Source of the DNA: Marsupella aquatica
Lineage: Eukaryota > Plantae > Marchantiophyta
NCBI GenBank assembly: GCA_973895155.1
Contig: OZ316896.1
Span: 9,309,425-9,373,424, forward strand
DNA length: 64,000 nt
Reading direction: 5' to 3'
Shown here piece after piece: positions 51,227 to 64,000 of this stretch. The notes beneath the pieces are model-generated. The model was not told the origin of the DNA, did no database searches, and saw only the letters and a program-made list of their open reading frames with translations. The position numbers and the translations under genes are program-made. Numbering within the stretch: position 1 is the stretch's first letter; each line of letters begins with the position of its first letter.

Positions 51227-53863
51227 ATGGGTTCAGAAAACGGATTGAAGGACATTCAGAAGCCTGGTCAGGTCAATATGAGAAGCCGTCACAAGCGACA
51301 GAGAGAGGGGAAAGCCTTGGCTTCAGATGCCCTGCCTCTTCCCGTGGGCTTGACCAACACGATTTTCATGGTCCTCTTCTTTTCCGCCTCGTACTACTTA
51401 ATGCGCAGATGGAGAGAGAAAATCAGGACGTCTACCCCATTGCACATGCTCAACTTGGGAGAAATTGCCGCCATTATAGCCCAGTTGGCCTCCTTCATCT
51501 ACTTGATTGGTTTCTTCGGCATTGACTACGTGCAAAATTTCATCAGCAAGGGCGCCGATGGAGGTTGGGATTCGGACGATTTCAGGTCGTCGTCTGGAGT
51601 GAATTGCCAGGCCGAACCTTGTGCGCCTAGTACAATCAAAGGCCCAGTGCTTCTCAAGGGAAAAGTACTCAAGGAGTACATTGATGAAGAACTTTCACAG
51701 GCTGTGGCTAATGGTGAAGCCGCATCGTACTCTTTGGAAGCGGAGCTAGAAGATTGTGAGAGAGCAGCTTCAGTGAGGCGAAGAGCTGTAGAACTTTCAA
51801 CAAATAGGTCCCTTGAAGGAATGCCGCTTACAGGCCTGGATTACTCTAAAATTCTCGGCCAATGTTGCGAGATGGTGATAGGCTATGTGCAAATTCCAGT
51901 TGGGGTGGCCGGCCCTCTCCTGCTGGATGGTTTCGAATACACCGTCCCAATGGCGACCACGGAAGGCTGTCTGGTTGCCAGCACTAATCGAGGATGCAAA
52001 GCTATTGCACAATCAGGTGGTGCTCAATCTGTCGTTACCAGAGAAGGAATGACTAGAGCACCTGTGGCTCGTTTTGAAAGTGCGAAGCGGGCTGCTGAGT
52101 TGAAGTGGTTCTTGGAAGATCCGAACAATTTTGATACTTTGTCAGTCATTTTCAACAGGTATACATCTCTTAAGAGATACTGTTTGACAACTTTCTCCCA
52201 GCCTGCGTGGGTCTCATCCTTCCGGTTTGAACGTCGTCTATTTTATCGTTTGCCCGTTTTCGGTCATTGCATGGGGACTTGGGCAGCACAAATGCTTCCA
52301 CTGTTGGAGCTCTACTGTTGGTGCTGTCCCAGTTTTGTCCCACCTTTTTCAACCTTGGGCAGCCATTTTGAGATCGTCTTTGCTCGAGACAAATTCGGTC
52401 AAAATTGTCTGTGGAAAGTTTTCCTTCTACATCATCCGATCGCAGTGAAGATGGAGTCAGAAAACGAATTGAAGGACATGCAGAAGCAGGGCTTCCCCCA
52501 TTTTGAATTTCACACGGGAAGGAATCTTGGTGTTTCGGTCCAGTCAGCTCGGAAGGGCGTAATGATTAATTAGGAGTTTGTCCACTGGCTTTGCAGGAGC
52601 AGCAGGTTTGCGAGGCTGCAAGATGTCTACTGTGTTCTGGCTGGTCGGAACGTCTTCATGCGGTTTAGCTGCTCTACTGGAGATGCGATGGGCATGAACA
52701 TGATTTCCAAGGGGGTTCAGAACGTGTTAGACTACCTTGCGAGTTTATTCCCAGACATGGAGAATATAAGTATCTCTGGTGAGGAAGTCTTTCATTCGAT
52801 CGTATTCTAGGCCTGCTGTATGTATAGTTCTCTTGAGTCAGTTATTCGAACTGAATGGAGGGCTGTTTAGTTCATAGTGCGGCCGGTGCATGTAACTCAC
52901 TCCTTGTCTATTGTGTTGGATCTTTTTCCTTACAACCGGAAGCAGTAGCTGGACCATTTGGCAACATACGTTGGACTTCTTGCTTGAAGTTCTCAGACAT
53001 AGTATTTACTATCTTCGTCTTTTTCCAGGGAATTTTTGCGCTGATAAGAAGGCCACGGCGGTGAATTGGATCGAAGGTCGGGGGAAGTCAGTCGTAGGCG
53101 AAGCGGTGTTGAAGGGGGAAGTACTTCAGAAAGTTTTAAAAACCTCCGTATCAGCGCTGGTGCAATTGAACGTGATTAAAAATCTTGCAGGATCTGCCCT
53201 GGCCGGTGCCGTGGGAGGCTTTAACGCACATGCTGCAAACATCGTCTCTGCTGTATTTATTGCGACCGGTCAGGATCCAGCTCAGAATGTGGAAAGCTCT
53301 CAATGTATGACGATGATGGAGGCTGTCAACGACGGGCGAGATTTGCACGTATCAGTAACAATGCCATCAATTGAGGTAAGGAAAAGCTATGAGCCGGATA
53401 GCTTTTCTGTGGCGGCCAGTTTTTCTCTATGAGATTTCAGTATCACCCCAGATTTTTGGAGTTCTTTTCGCGTGGTCCGTTAGTATGTGAATCCTGATTC
53501 AAAGCATGTTCTATGGTGAACCAGGTTGGAACCGTTGGTGGAGGAACTCAGCTGCCGTCGCAAGCTGCATGTTTGAATTTACTAGGAGTGAAGGGAGCTC
53601 ATCCAGAAGTACCCGGCGCGAATTCGGAGCAACTGGCAAGGATTGTTGCTGGGGCAGTCCTCGCAGGAGAGATATCTTTAATGTCGGCATTGGCTTCAAA
53701 TCAACTCGTGAAAAGCCATCTGAAATATAACCGGTCCAGCCAGAATTTGGCAGCCTCCGTCCCGTCATCCCCTCAGTTACCGCCCTCAGGTTCTTCCAGG
53801 CACAGACGAACTCCGAGCTCTAAGACGAGTTCCTCTTCCGATCTGACTAAATTGGTTCAGTAG
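51227..53863 (+). CDS. HMGR: 3-hydroxy-3-methylglutaryl-CoA reductase; exons 51227-52158, 52597-52778, 53029-53375, 53525-53863
   Basis: ASDALPLP membrane anchor, [85 protein letters not shown] and HLKYNRSS; the conserved plant three-intron structure. Confidence 0.98.
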
Positions 53864-55604
53864 GGAGTCCTTCAGATCCACGTACGGGCGTCGTTTCGAT
53901 CCGAAATTGCTCAAATTTTGGACACCTCTCGGATTTCTAAACTGCCTTGGCCCTCCGTCACATTCCTGAGAACTGTAGACCCAATTGGCTACGTGTATTA
54001 TTTTACCATCCAGTGATGGTTGTCCTACATGTGTAGAACCTGTCCTGCGACCTGACTCGTCGAAACATTTCCTCTCTCGAGGTCTTGGCTGCATGAGATT
54101 TTGGCCTGCTGCCTCCCACTCTCTGCGACCGACGCGCTTTTGAGGAATTGTACGTTTCGCTTTTCGAGTGGCTTTGTGTAAGCTTTTGATTACTCCAAAC
54201 TTAGTTGCGGCGATGATTCCCACAGCAGCATCGGACTGCCTCTTAGTCTGTAGATTTTAACTGTTCTAGCCGTTTGGCTTAGCGGGCTGCTCTTGGAATG
54301 GATGATTCACAAAGTAGCAGCCCCTAAAGGGAGACCTATGAGACCTTATGATAGTTTTCACCATGTATTTTTTTTAGGGATTGTTTAATTGATTTCATGA
54401 CATGGAGGAAATTGGTCATAATACCTCACAGACCTGGCTGGGGATTTTGTATTTCCTTCGCGTTTTCTGTGAAATACTCTGCGGCTAGTGAAATGTTTGT
54501 TTTGGACCCTTTCCTGCATAATAAATCAAAGGGCGATTTTGTGAAAGACCGTCTGGTCATTTATGGACGAACCCTATTCAGACATTACATTGTAGCTTGA
54601 TGAGATGTGGGATCCTCAATTATACCAGGGAAAGCACTCAGTCACATGGTACGGACTAGTTTTCGAGGAGTCGATGGTAATTTGATTATTCCGATGATAC
54701 GTCTAAACGGAGGTCGTTGGCTGCCACGCCTTTTTAAACTTCTCTTTGCCGAGTTCGGTCGTTGTGTTGTTGGTTCGGCACGTATCTCGTATGTGGAGTC
54801 TCGAAAGCAACTTGTTCTTTTGAGTCTCGAAAGGAATTTCTCCTTCTTTATCTCGAAAGCAACCTCTCGTCTCCGGTCCCACTTCACTTCGAAAGCCTGG
54901 CATGCCTTCAGGCAATGCACGTTACTTTTCCTTGGTACGTTATCTCTAGCCTTTTTCTTGTCTTGGTTCCTTTTGTGATGCATTCACGAATAACAAACGT
55001 TCCTTTTAGCCCCGACATGAGCACGGGATTGTGTGGCCTTTCAGCTTGTACCTATAACATCAGAGTGATGGTCACATCGAATGTTGTTGGAGTTTTGGAT
55101 CTTGTTTCGAAGCCATTTCTGGACAGAGATATTTGACAGGATATTTTAAATATTTCACGTGTGTTGGCAGGCTTTGGCTAAGATGCTCTTTTTCGGTTTT
55201 TTATTGGTCTTGCAGCGATTTTGTACTCCGTAGCTTAGTGCCACACCACATAGCGTCCAGTAGCGTCGACATGTCTTCAATTCGGGGAGAGGTTCTTTAA
55301 ACCACTAGTGCTGCAGAACCAGTAGTAGACCAGTACAGCAGTTGCCACTCCGTCGCGGAAGGGAAGCAAGGTACAAAATGGAGCTGCACAGAGAGAGACC
55401 TGACCAGAAGAGACAGGGACAGAGGAGCCGTTTTGGACACTTGCTGCTTCAAAAATATGTCCGCTTGTGTTCTCGAATAGCGTCGACTTGTCAATTTGGA
55501 ACCGGTGGTTCTTATTTTGACTGGTTGCCGGCCTGATTTGACTTTATCCATGGAATTAGTGTCCGGCGAGGAGCTCTAGGTTTTAACTGTTCTCAGGTGT
55601 GTCT

Positions 55605-56080
55605 ATGGGGTGGACCAGTCGTCAATTGGGACAGAGAGGCTATTTCTTTCGATTGTTTCCAGGTCTTTCCACAGCGTCGAATTTCATCACCCAGTCGAGC
55701 ATCCTGGCAGGGGGCAATATTTTGCTCTGTTGGGATGTTTGTCAATGGTGTGGACCTGTCGTCAATTCGGGCAGAGAGGCTATGTTTTGACTCTTCGCAT
55801 GCGTTTCCGTAGCGTCGAATATTGTCATCCTTTTCGTCAGTCCGGGCAGAGCTGTTCTTTTGTCCGACTGTGTGCATGTTTTTTTGTGGTCGAGCTATCC
55901 TGAGTCCGGGCAGAGAGTTTCCTTTTTAATCGGTGGCCTGTGTTTCCATAGCGTCGAATTGCGTCGATTTGTCGTCAATCCTGTTAGATGGACTTTTTTC
56001 AAAACTTGTTTGCGTTTGTTCCATAGTGAATTGAAAATGTGCTTGTCGTCTTTTCGAGCAGACGGGTCCTTTGCATATTC
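55605..56080. repeat. Diverged ~140-bp tandem repeat
   Basis: Repeated tggacc.gtcgtcaatt.gg.cagagaggctat and ttcc..agcgtcgaat. Confidence 0.7.
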
Positions 56081-59000
56081 GGATATGCATCGCCCGTTTT
56101 GGTGGGATACTTTTAGTTCCTAAGAGATTCCAGCATACCTTTTCCTGTACTCTGATTGTAGAATCAGACTTGGGTTTTCTTGTACCATTGTCGAATGGCT
56201 TCGCACTCTTCAGGGCCAGTCCCCTCTGGAAGAAATGGATTGAGCACCTTTCGGATATTATTAGTTCGTTTTGGAGAATCCTGCATACCTGTTTGTATGC
56301 TGTCATTGGACTGTTCTCTTGACTCTGGCTTTCTTTAAATTACTCTAAAAACCTGAGTATGTTTCAACTGAAGTACTCTAAAAACATGAGTGATCCTGCT
56401 ATTCCCTGGCCTTTCAAATTTGACCACTTCTCGCGTGATGAAGCAGACATATAGTGGACTGTCGCTTGGGGGCAGGTACTGGCACTACATAGTTGCTTCC
56501 GTATGTATAACTTATATATTCCTTGGGCAAGAAAGGAACCGACGGTGGTACGACTAATCATATTTTGGAGACGGGTAGGGTCACCGTGATTGACTAATAT
56601 TGTTTGGGCACTAAGAGTGGTCACACGATGGTGGGATTGGGTCGTCATGGTGCTTGGACTTTTAGGAAGGAACCTTTACCTGATGACGGAGTGCATTTCT
56701 TTCCACAAGGGGACCACATGAGGGTCACTTGAGTGTGACAGAGCCTAAGAGGAATCAGCAACCACTCCCCAGCACAGCAAGCTAGGATCCTTTGATCCTT
56801 TGACCCTGTGAATCGTGAATGAATTCCTATGACCTTCAATCCATTGTAATGTATTCATTGGAGGCTTGAAATACTATTCCATATTTACATTTCAGCTTTC
56901 TTGGACGGAAACGGTCTCTCGGAATAGAGAGTATGGAACATCTGAAAAGCCAAAACGTGCTTTCAGATTCGAGTTGAGTTTGTCGCGACAAAGACATATC
57001 TCATTCCGAGACGCTAAGTAGAGGTTAATAAAATCGCATATGGAGGTGTGACTGACGGAGAAAACCATTGATTGTGAAAACGAATGAAACGATCATGACG
57101 GTAGACGACTTCCTCCAGTCTGCTAATTACATGTTCTAAAGGATATCCTCAAACACTCGATCAGTATGACTTGTATGGGAAGTGTATCTGACCGTGTAAA
57201 CCTATACAGGACTTCATTGACGGGAACATGAAATAGCTATGCCTCGTATGGCACTACATTGTCGTTTAAGAACTCCATAGAAGTCCCCACGATGTATCCA
57301 CTGTCAACGGAGACAACAACGGCAGGACGTCATAAACGTGGATAGTTTGATGTACCTCATCTATAGCCAAAAATGCACATCAAATTCTTCTCCACAACGT
57401 TGCGATTGGCGTGAGATTGTCAAACTTTGGCATTCCTTATGTTGTGTCGCGAAACTATGGCATTCTATTACACAACTTTGCACTTAGCGCGGCACAGGTG
57501 GGAATGCAAAATCCTCTCTGATGCGGCTAATGCGAAACTTTGGCGCTTGTTGTTGCCTTCGTGACTAAAGATCTAGGGCCCTGTAGGTATGAAGCAAGGT
57601 TTGGGTCCTAATAGCGAGGGAAGATATGGGCAGCCTGGGCATGTCTCCAATAAAAATATACTGCCAGAGACTGACAAATCCACTCGCCCCCAGTGCAAAT
57701 TGATGTGTTCAGGGTAATGGGTAGCCCACAACGAATTTTTGTGAGAGAAGAGTCCAGTCATCAATCTTGCGAGTTATTTGCACGATCACAAGAACTTGGA
57801 GGGTACGTCAGTGAAGTTCTCCGTTATTCATGAAGGAGAACGATTACAGTAGTACAGCATGCGCGCTCCTCAGAATAAAGTCAGCCAAGTTGCTGCCAAA
57901 CATTCAACGTGGTATGCGGGTACTTTCTTCCCGTGACAAATGCGGTGATCATCAGGAAGATAATCTTCGAATCTTCAATTATATTTAATTCCATCTCTCT
58001 TTCACTTTTTTGGGATGGCTATGTTTTTTATTTTTATTTTTAGGGCCCACTGTATGTGTTTCTATTCAAGATCTCTTTCTTTACTTTTTGGGGTGGCTGA
58101 TATTTGTGGTGCAGATTCTGATGTTCGAGCTAGCTTTGAGTAGATCAGTTCTATTTTTTACACCTACTGTCTGCCTGCTTCGTTTCAAGATCATTTTTAC
58201 TTTTTGCGGTGGCTAGGTACAAAAGCGCAGTGGATTCTGCTGTCAGATGTCCTTCCTGACTAGCTTTGATTACAGTAGAGTTTTTTTTATACTCTCGAAT
58301 TGGGAAAACCCATCTACTGCCTGTGGGCCGGAAAAACACAGGAGGACCATGATCATCAGTACACGAGGAAATGCTGGAATCGCAAGCTGTGGTGCTTTGT
58401 GATGACTAGGAACCAAGCCCAAAAGGCTGGTGATGGGCTCTCAGCCTAGCTTTGTTTACAGGCCTGTAGATCTGTTCCTACTCACGCGATCATTGGGCAC
58501 ACTGTCTTCTGCCTGTGGGCCAAAAAGACACAAGGCGATCATGAGGATGCTGAAGAAAGTAGATGACAAAAGCTGGAATCACTAGCTACAGTAAGTCCTT
58601 CAAGTACTGACCCTTCCCCGCCGAGCATCTGCCCAACGGAGTCAGTCGCAATTTGGAAAAGAATAATGACCAGAATCAAAAATTTGTGGACGGACCTTTC
58701 CGAAACAGAGCATCGTCCTGCAATTCACCTGGTTTCCTCTCGCCCACTCATTCCTCTCTCAAACTCAGGCAAGAAGCAGTGGACCACCGACCATGATGTC
58801 GTCACCGATGGGGTAAGCTAACCTATCTTAGGAGTGTCTGCTACGGTAGAGTGCTTACCGGTAATGGCCTTTTTGGCAGTCTGTATGACCATCTGCGTCA
58901 TTGTTCTCTGATGCCAACTCGAAAAGCTTAACTCTACGCCTACATACGTTATGCATGTGGTGATTATGTGATTATGATCGACTGGGCCGTATGTAGTCGC

Positions 59001-59679
59001 GGTGGTCACGATTACCGGCGCAAGACATTAATTAAAGCCTACAGCCAGAAAGATTATGAAGAGTTCGTTTCCGAGTGTCAGGCCATCATTTGTCGAGACT
59101 TTGAAATGATGAAATCCCTTACGGTTCGAGACCAAAAAAGGAAAAGTCGAGACTCGAGTCAGAGGAAGTGAGCGTAACTCCAAGTTAGCCTGGAGAGGGA
59201 TTCATTTAGATTGCAGTTGCATGCTTTTCATCGCATTGATGAGAAGATTCCCTGTGACCACTCGGTGTCAAAACGTTTTGAGGTTTTGATTGGAAGCTGA
59301 GAAAGATGTACCCGGGAAGATGAAATCGAGAATCCATGTTTCCAGAAACTCAATGTCGAAAGGTCCTCTAGTGATGTGTGTATTTCTTTCGGGTTCAAGG
59401 CAGAAACAATAAAAACCAATCCTTCGAAATTATACGGTTGCTCAGTGGCCAACGATAGCGTGTCCCAGCCATATCGTGTGGCGATGGTACGACGATGCTC
59501 TCTGTAGAATCAGTCATGTGACGCACAGCTCGATCAGACACTTTGAAAGCGTCGAATGAAGATGTCTCCGGTACTTCGAATGAACACTGACGAGCAATCT
59601 ATGCCCCAGCCAACGTGAGAGATCGCTACAATAATCCAGATGTGCAGGATGTTTTCTCTTTAGATGATCATAGATCAGG

Positions 59680-60020
59680 ATATTAAATCTTGGAGACAAC
59701 TCTGAAGACTTCTCGATGGGTGATCTGACACTTCCGAATACTTCTCCATACTAATGCAGATCCAGACCAGCTCCAGACCGAATGGTAAAGATGAATTCTC
59801 CAACATAAATCGACCGACGATGCACGTGCAGAGTGATTCCGAGAAAGCTGGCAGAATAATGAATCTTGGAGACAATTCTGAAGACTTCTCGATAGCAATC
59901 ACTCTGGGTGATCCGACACTTCTGAATACTTCTCGACCGAAAGATGAAGATGAATTCTCCAACATAAGTCGACCGACGATGCACGTGCAGTGTGATTCCG
60001 AGGTAGAACCTGGCAGAATA
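59680..60020. repeat. ~160-180-bp tandem duplication
   Basis: aatcttggagacaa.tctgaagacttctcgat and agatgaattctccaacataa.tcgaccgacgatgcacgtgcag.gtgattccgag each occur twice. Confidence 0.85.
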
Positions 60021-60668
60021 ATCAATCATTTGCACGGAGACAGTCGCTAGCTACTGTAGCTAGCTTCAAATGGTGTGCCATGGTCTTGATCAAGACCCAC
60101 AGTGTCACAGGTCCTAAATGAGTCCATTTTTCCCTTGCTGCCCGAACCGAGTGTTGTGTTACGGACAACAATCATGACTGGTAGGGCACCTATGTGAGAG
60201 TGGCCCAGTCAGGCTGAGTTCATTTTTGTGTTGTTGCCAAAACCCCAAACCGAGTGTGGTTAGAGATAACAATCATGACTGATAGGACACCTATATGAGG
60301 ATGGCCTAGTAAGGCCTGAGACACTACTAGGTCCAGATTTCACACTAAATACAATAATATTTAGCAGCTTTTAAGTAAATTGTCACTAAAATGTTTCAGT
60401 TGTCACTAAAAATATTTGAATTTACAATATTGTCATTATTATTTTTATATTTATAAAGATGCCACACTTTCATATATAATTCCCCTTGGTAAACTTGTCG
60501 CGAGTATATGAAATCATGCAATTTTTATAAAATATAGTGATAGTATTGTCAATTAGAAAATATTTAGCGGTGGAGTAATTAAAAACTATAACATTTAATG
60601 TGTCCAGAGACCACTAATTTGTCCTTACCCCAAATAAGAATTGTCCATTTGAAAATAGTTGTTAGTTT

Positions 60669-61410
60669 GTACCCTGTTGGGGTGCTCCCAGGCTCGGGGG
60701 ACTCATGTGAGGTGCCCTATTAAATCCTGGATTTGCATGCATGCACCAGCTGAGAAAAGCTGGACCTTCTCTACATGGATTCTAAACAATACAACCTACC
60801 CCTACTAACGTCAAGCACGCCTAATTATTTTGGTCCATTTGGTAGCCTAGGAGCATCTCCACCAGCTTGTATCTTATACTATCTCATACCGGTGGTTTAC
60901 GGTACCCTGTTGGGGTGCTCCCGGGCTCGCGGGACTCCTGTGAGGTGCCAGTTTTTTTACTTTTATGAGATACCCTACTAAATCCTGGATTTGCATGCAT
61001 GCACCAGCTGAGAAAAACTGGACCTTCTCTACATGGATTCTAAACAACACAACCTACCCCTACTAACGTCAAGCACGCCTAATTATTTTGGTCCATTTGG
61101 TAGCCTCGGAGCATCTCCACCAGCTTGTATATTATACTATCTCATACCGGTGGTTTAGAGTACCTTGTTGGGGTGCTCCCGGGCTCGCGGGACTCCTGTG
61201 AGGTGCCAATTTTTTACTTTTATGAGATGCCCTACTAAATCCTGGATTTGCATGCATGCACTAGCTGAGAAAAGCTGGACCTTCTCTACATGGATTCTAG
61301 ACAATATAACCTACCCCTACTAACGTCAAGCACGCCTAATTATTTTGGTCCATAGGAGCATCTCCACCAGCTTGTATATTATACTATCTCATACAGGTGG
61401 TTTACAGTAC
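60669..61410. repeat. ~258-bp tandem repeat, 3 near-identical copies
   Basis: Units start gtacc.tgttggggtgctccc at ~60669, 60902 and 61160; long identical stretches (taaatcctggatttgcatgcatgcac...ctaacgtcaagcacgcctaattattttggtcca). Confidence 0.95.
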
Positions 61411-62842
61411 ACAGAAGATGTCACTCGATAGAAGATATCATTGCACAGAATATCTACAGTAGCTCTATACAAGATATAGCCTCACCCCTACTAATATCAA
61501 GCACACCTGATTATTTAGGTCTATTTGTTAACCTAGAAACATAAATAGTAAATTAAATATCTTAAACTAGAATACAAAGTTGCACTGATAATCATTCAAA
61601 TATAGAGTGTCCAAAAAAACATTCCAGCAAAAGAGGAAGGAATAAATAAAAGATATTAAAGTTTAGTGTGAATGAAAAGGGAACGAACACTCTTCAAAAA
61701 GCAAACACTCCAATGAGACAATAGAAAAGGGAAATAATTAATAATAAGCCCATGCAAGCACAAGGATCAATGATGATCCCTCTACTTTACATCAATGCAT
61801 GTCTTCAGAACAAGATGTTGTTTTCAATGCAAGTAAAAAATGTACTATTTATCTTCCATATTTTTTGTGATAATTATCAAAAACTATAATATACTATGGC
61901 ATCAATTTATACCATGGTCATCTTTCAAAACTGCGGGGCTGTTTTGGGTGAATAAAATCAAAACCGGAAAAAATTCAACTAATAAGACAAAAAACTCAAG
62001 TGGAAACTCAAGCCGTCACTTGGATTGCAGTGTTGCAATGTCAGCACCAAGCCTTGCAAGTCGCGACCCCCCCTGCGGCCAGCCCTGCCCAACTTGCAGC
62101 CGCCGATGCTGGCTGGCTGGCTCCGCCCTCTGCCTTCCAGGCCCCCTTTTGCCTCCCCACCTCGTGGCCCCTCCTCCTGACTCCCTCCTGCCCCTCCCGC
62201 CTCCCCACCCCACTCTCCCTGGCCTCTCGCCCTCTTGCCTCTCTAACCCCGCTCTCCCCTCTTGCCCCGACTCTCCCTCCTCGAGCTCCCCCACTCAACC
62301 CTAAAAGCCTGCCTCGACAACCCGCCCGATCCCCGCCCTCGCCCTTGCCTGGACTTGGTCTTGCCCTTGCCTGGACTTGGTCTCGCCCTTGGACTCGGTG
62401 TTGCGTTTCGGACTCGGACTCACACCTAGACCAAGGACCGGGTTCCTACTGGGTTTTTTTTTGTCTCCCACGTGGAGGCCTGACAAAACGCAACAATCCT
62501 CTGCCCTAACTCATCTCCAAAATTATGGAGTTTTTTTAGTTAACAACATATTTTACTTGACAACGCCTTTTACTAACGACATCCCATTACTTACCCACAT
62601 ATGTGTATTTCAAAGGACCCAATACTTAACGACGTCTTTATGCCACAGTATTTTTACCTATTAGCGACATCATTTACACAACAACATCTTTTTACTCAAT
62701 GACATCTTTTACCCCATGACCTCTTGGCCGACATGTCATCTTCCTCTCAACAACCTCTTGGTCGACACGACATCTTTTCTTCTCAATGACATCTTGACCT
62801 TCACGACATCTTTTGTGCAACACATGCACATTGAGCTAATAT

Positions 62843-63360
62843 ATCATAGTATCTCATAACCGTGGTTCACGTTACACAGAAGACGTTATTGGATAGAAGA
62901 TACCATTGCACAGAAGGTACTAGTTGCATAAAAGATATGGTGGCACAAAAGATGTAGTTTCATAAAGGAGGCTTTTGTGTGACAGAGGTTGTTGCCTTAA
63001 AGATGTGTCATAGTATCTCATAACGGTGGTTTACATTACACAGACGATGTCATTGGATAGAAGATACCATTGCACAGAAAGTACAGTAGTTGCATAAAAG
63101 ATATGCATGGTGGCACAAAAGATGTAGTTTCATAAAGGAGGCTTTTGTGTGAAAGAGGGCTTTTGTGTGAAAGAGGTTGTTGCCTTAAAGATGTGTCATA
63201 GTATCTCATAACGGGGGTTTACATTACACAGAAGATGTCATTGGATAGAAGATACCATTGCACAGAAGGTACAGTAGTTGCATAAAAGATATGGTGGCAC
63301 AAAAGATGTAGTTTCATAAAGGAGGCTTTGTGTGAAAGAGGTTGTTGCCTTAAAGATGTC
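62843..63360. repeat. ~165-190-bp tandem repeat, 3 copies
   Basis: tcatagtatctcataac...ggatagaagataccattgcacagaa...gttgttgccttaaagatgt occurs three times. Confidence 0.93.
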
Positions 63361-64000
63361 CTTGTGCAAAAGTGGTTGTTGCATTTAGAGGTTCATTGCG
63401 TAAGAGAAATAACACAGGTGCATAAAAGATGTGATTGCTAGGGTGTTGCACAAAAGATATGAATGTGTGAAAGAGGACGTTGCATAAAAAGATCATCGAT
63501 TGTAATAAATGTCACTGCACAACAAAAATAATTTAGTAAATCATACAAATTTGTGCAGAAGATGTCTTTTCTGAAAATAGATGTATACAATATACAACAT
63601 GACAGGAAAAACATAGTAAACATTGAAAAGTGAAGTCTAGAGAATACATGCAATGATATTAAATCTTTACTAGCCCTTACTACCAGCCTGACTACCTGTT
63701 CCTTCTTTGAACGGAGAGTACAATAATAATATCACCAAAATATATTCATTATTCTCATTTTTTGAAGGTTAATAAAATGATAAAAATCATCATATATATC
63801 ATCATTTTAATAATCATAGATAACATATTGTACTATACTTTTTTCTAAGTATGCACATCACTCTTTCTATGCACATATGTTATGGTGGGGCCATAGAGCT
63901 CATTTTTAAAATAAAAATAGAAATCACGAGCCAAAAGCATGCATGGTTATATATATCACACTGCCAGAAAGACAATAACGCCAAATGGGAGACATGGAAG

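Noticed and set aside
50420-51525. Multiple ORFs upstream of and overlapping the HMGR start
   Set aside because: Most likely a GC-rich 5' UTR/intron; no recognisable products, though uORF function is not excluded.
52159-52573. 448-aa HMGR ORF as the real protein
   Set aside because: It is read-through into intron 1; the conserved FNR|SSRFARL junction shows splicing at 52158/52597.
54600-60050. Scattered 60-125-aa ORFs downstream of HMGR
   Set aside because: No identifiable motifs; partly built from local duplications.

Overview
Nuclear DNA of a land plant, most likely a non-seed plant: introns are short GT-AG, the atp4 fragment is bryophyte-like, and the plastid psbI fragment carries codons that appear to need C-to-U editing. 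Three intact host genes are present: a probably plastid-targeted PPR-SMR gene (-), TIM44 (+, 10 exons) and HMG-CoA reductase (+, 4 coding exons). They sit among transposon debris: a Ty1/copia 3' end with its LTR plus three related solo LTRs, a 5'-truncated CRE-like RLE non-LTR retrotransposon, a TA-flanked MITE, a RING-H2 pseudogene and many minisatellites. The most notable feature is a complete ~7.8-kb DNA transposon (35022-42788) with TTAA on both sides and 20-bp imperfect TIRs. It encodes a spliced DDE transposase with a DxxH motif and an inserted helix-extension-helix domain, plus a convergent KolX/P2X7-ballast-like gene, i.e. Kolobok architecture, which I do not know as a well-described land-plant TE. 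Inside it are tRNA-like sequences, telomere-like repeats and a chimeric mitochondrial (atp4) plus plastid (trnS-psbI) patch. All calls are by eye from motifs; no database searches were run.
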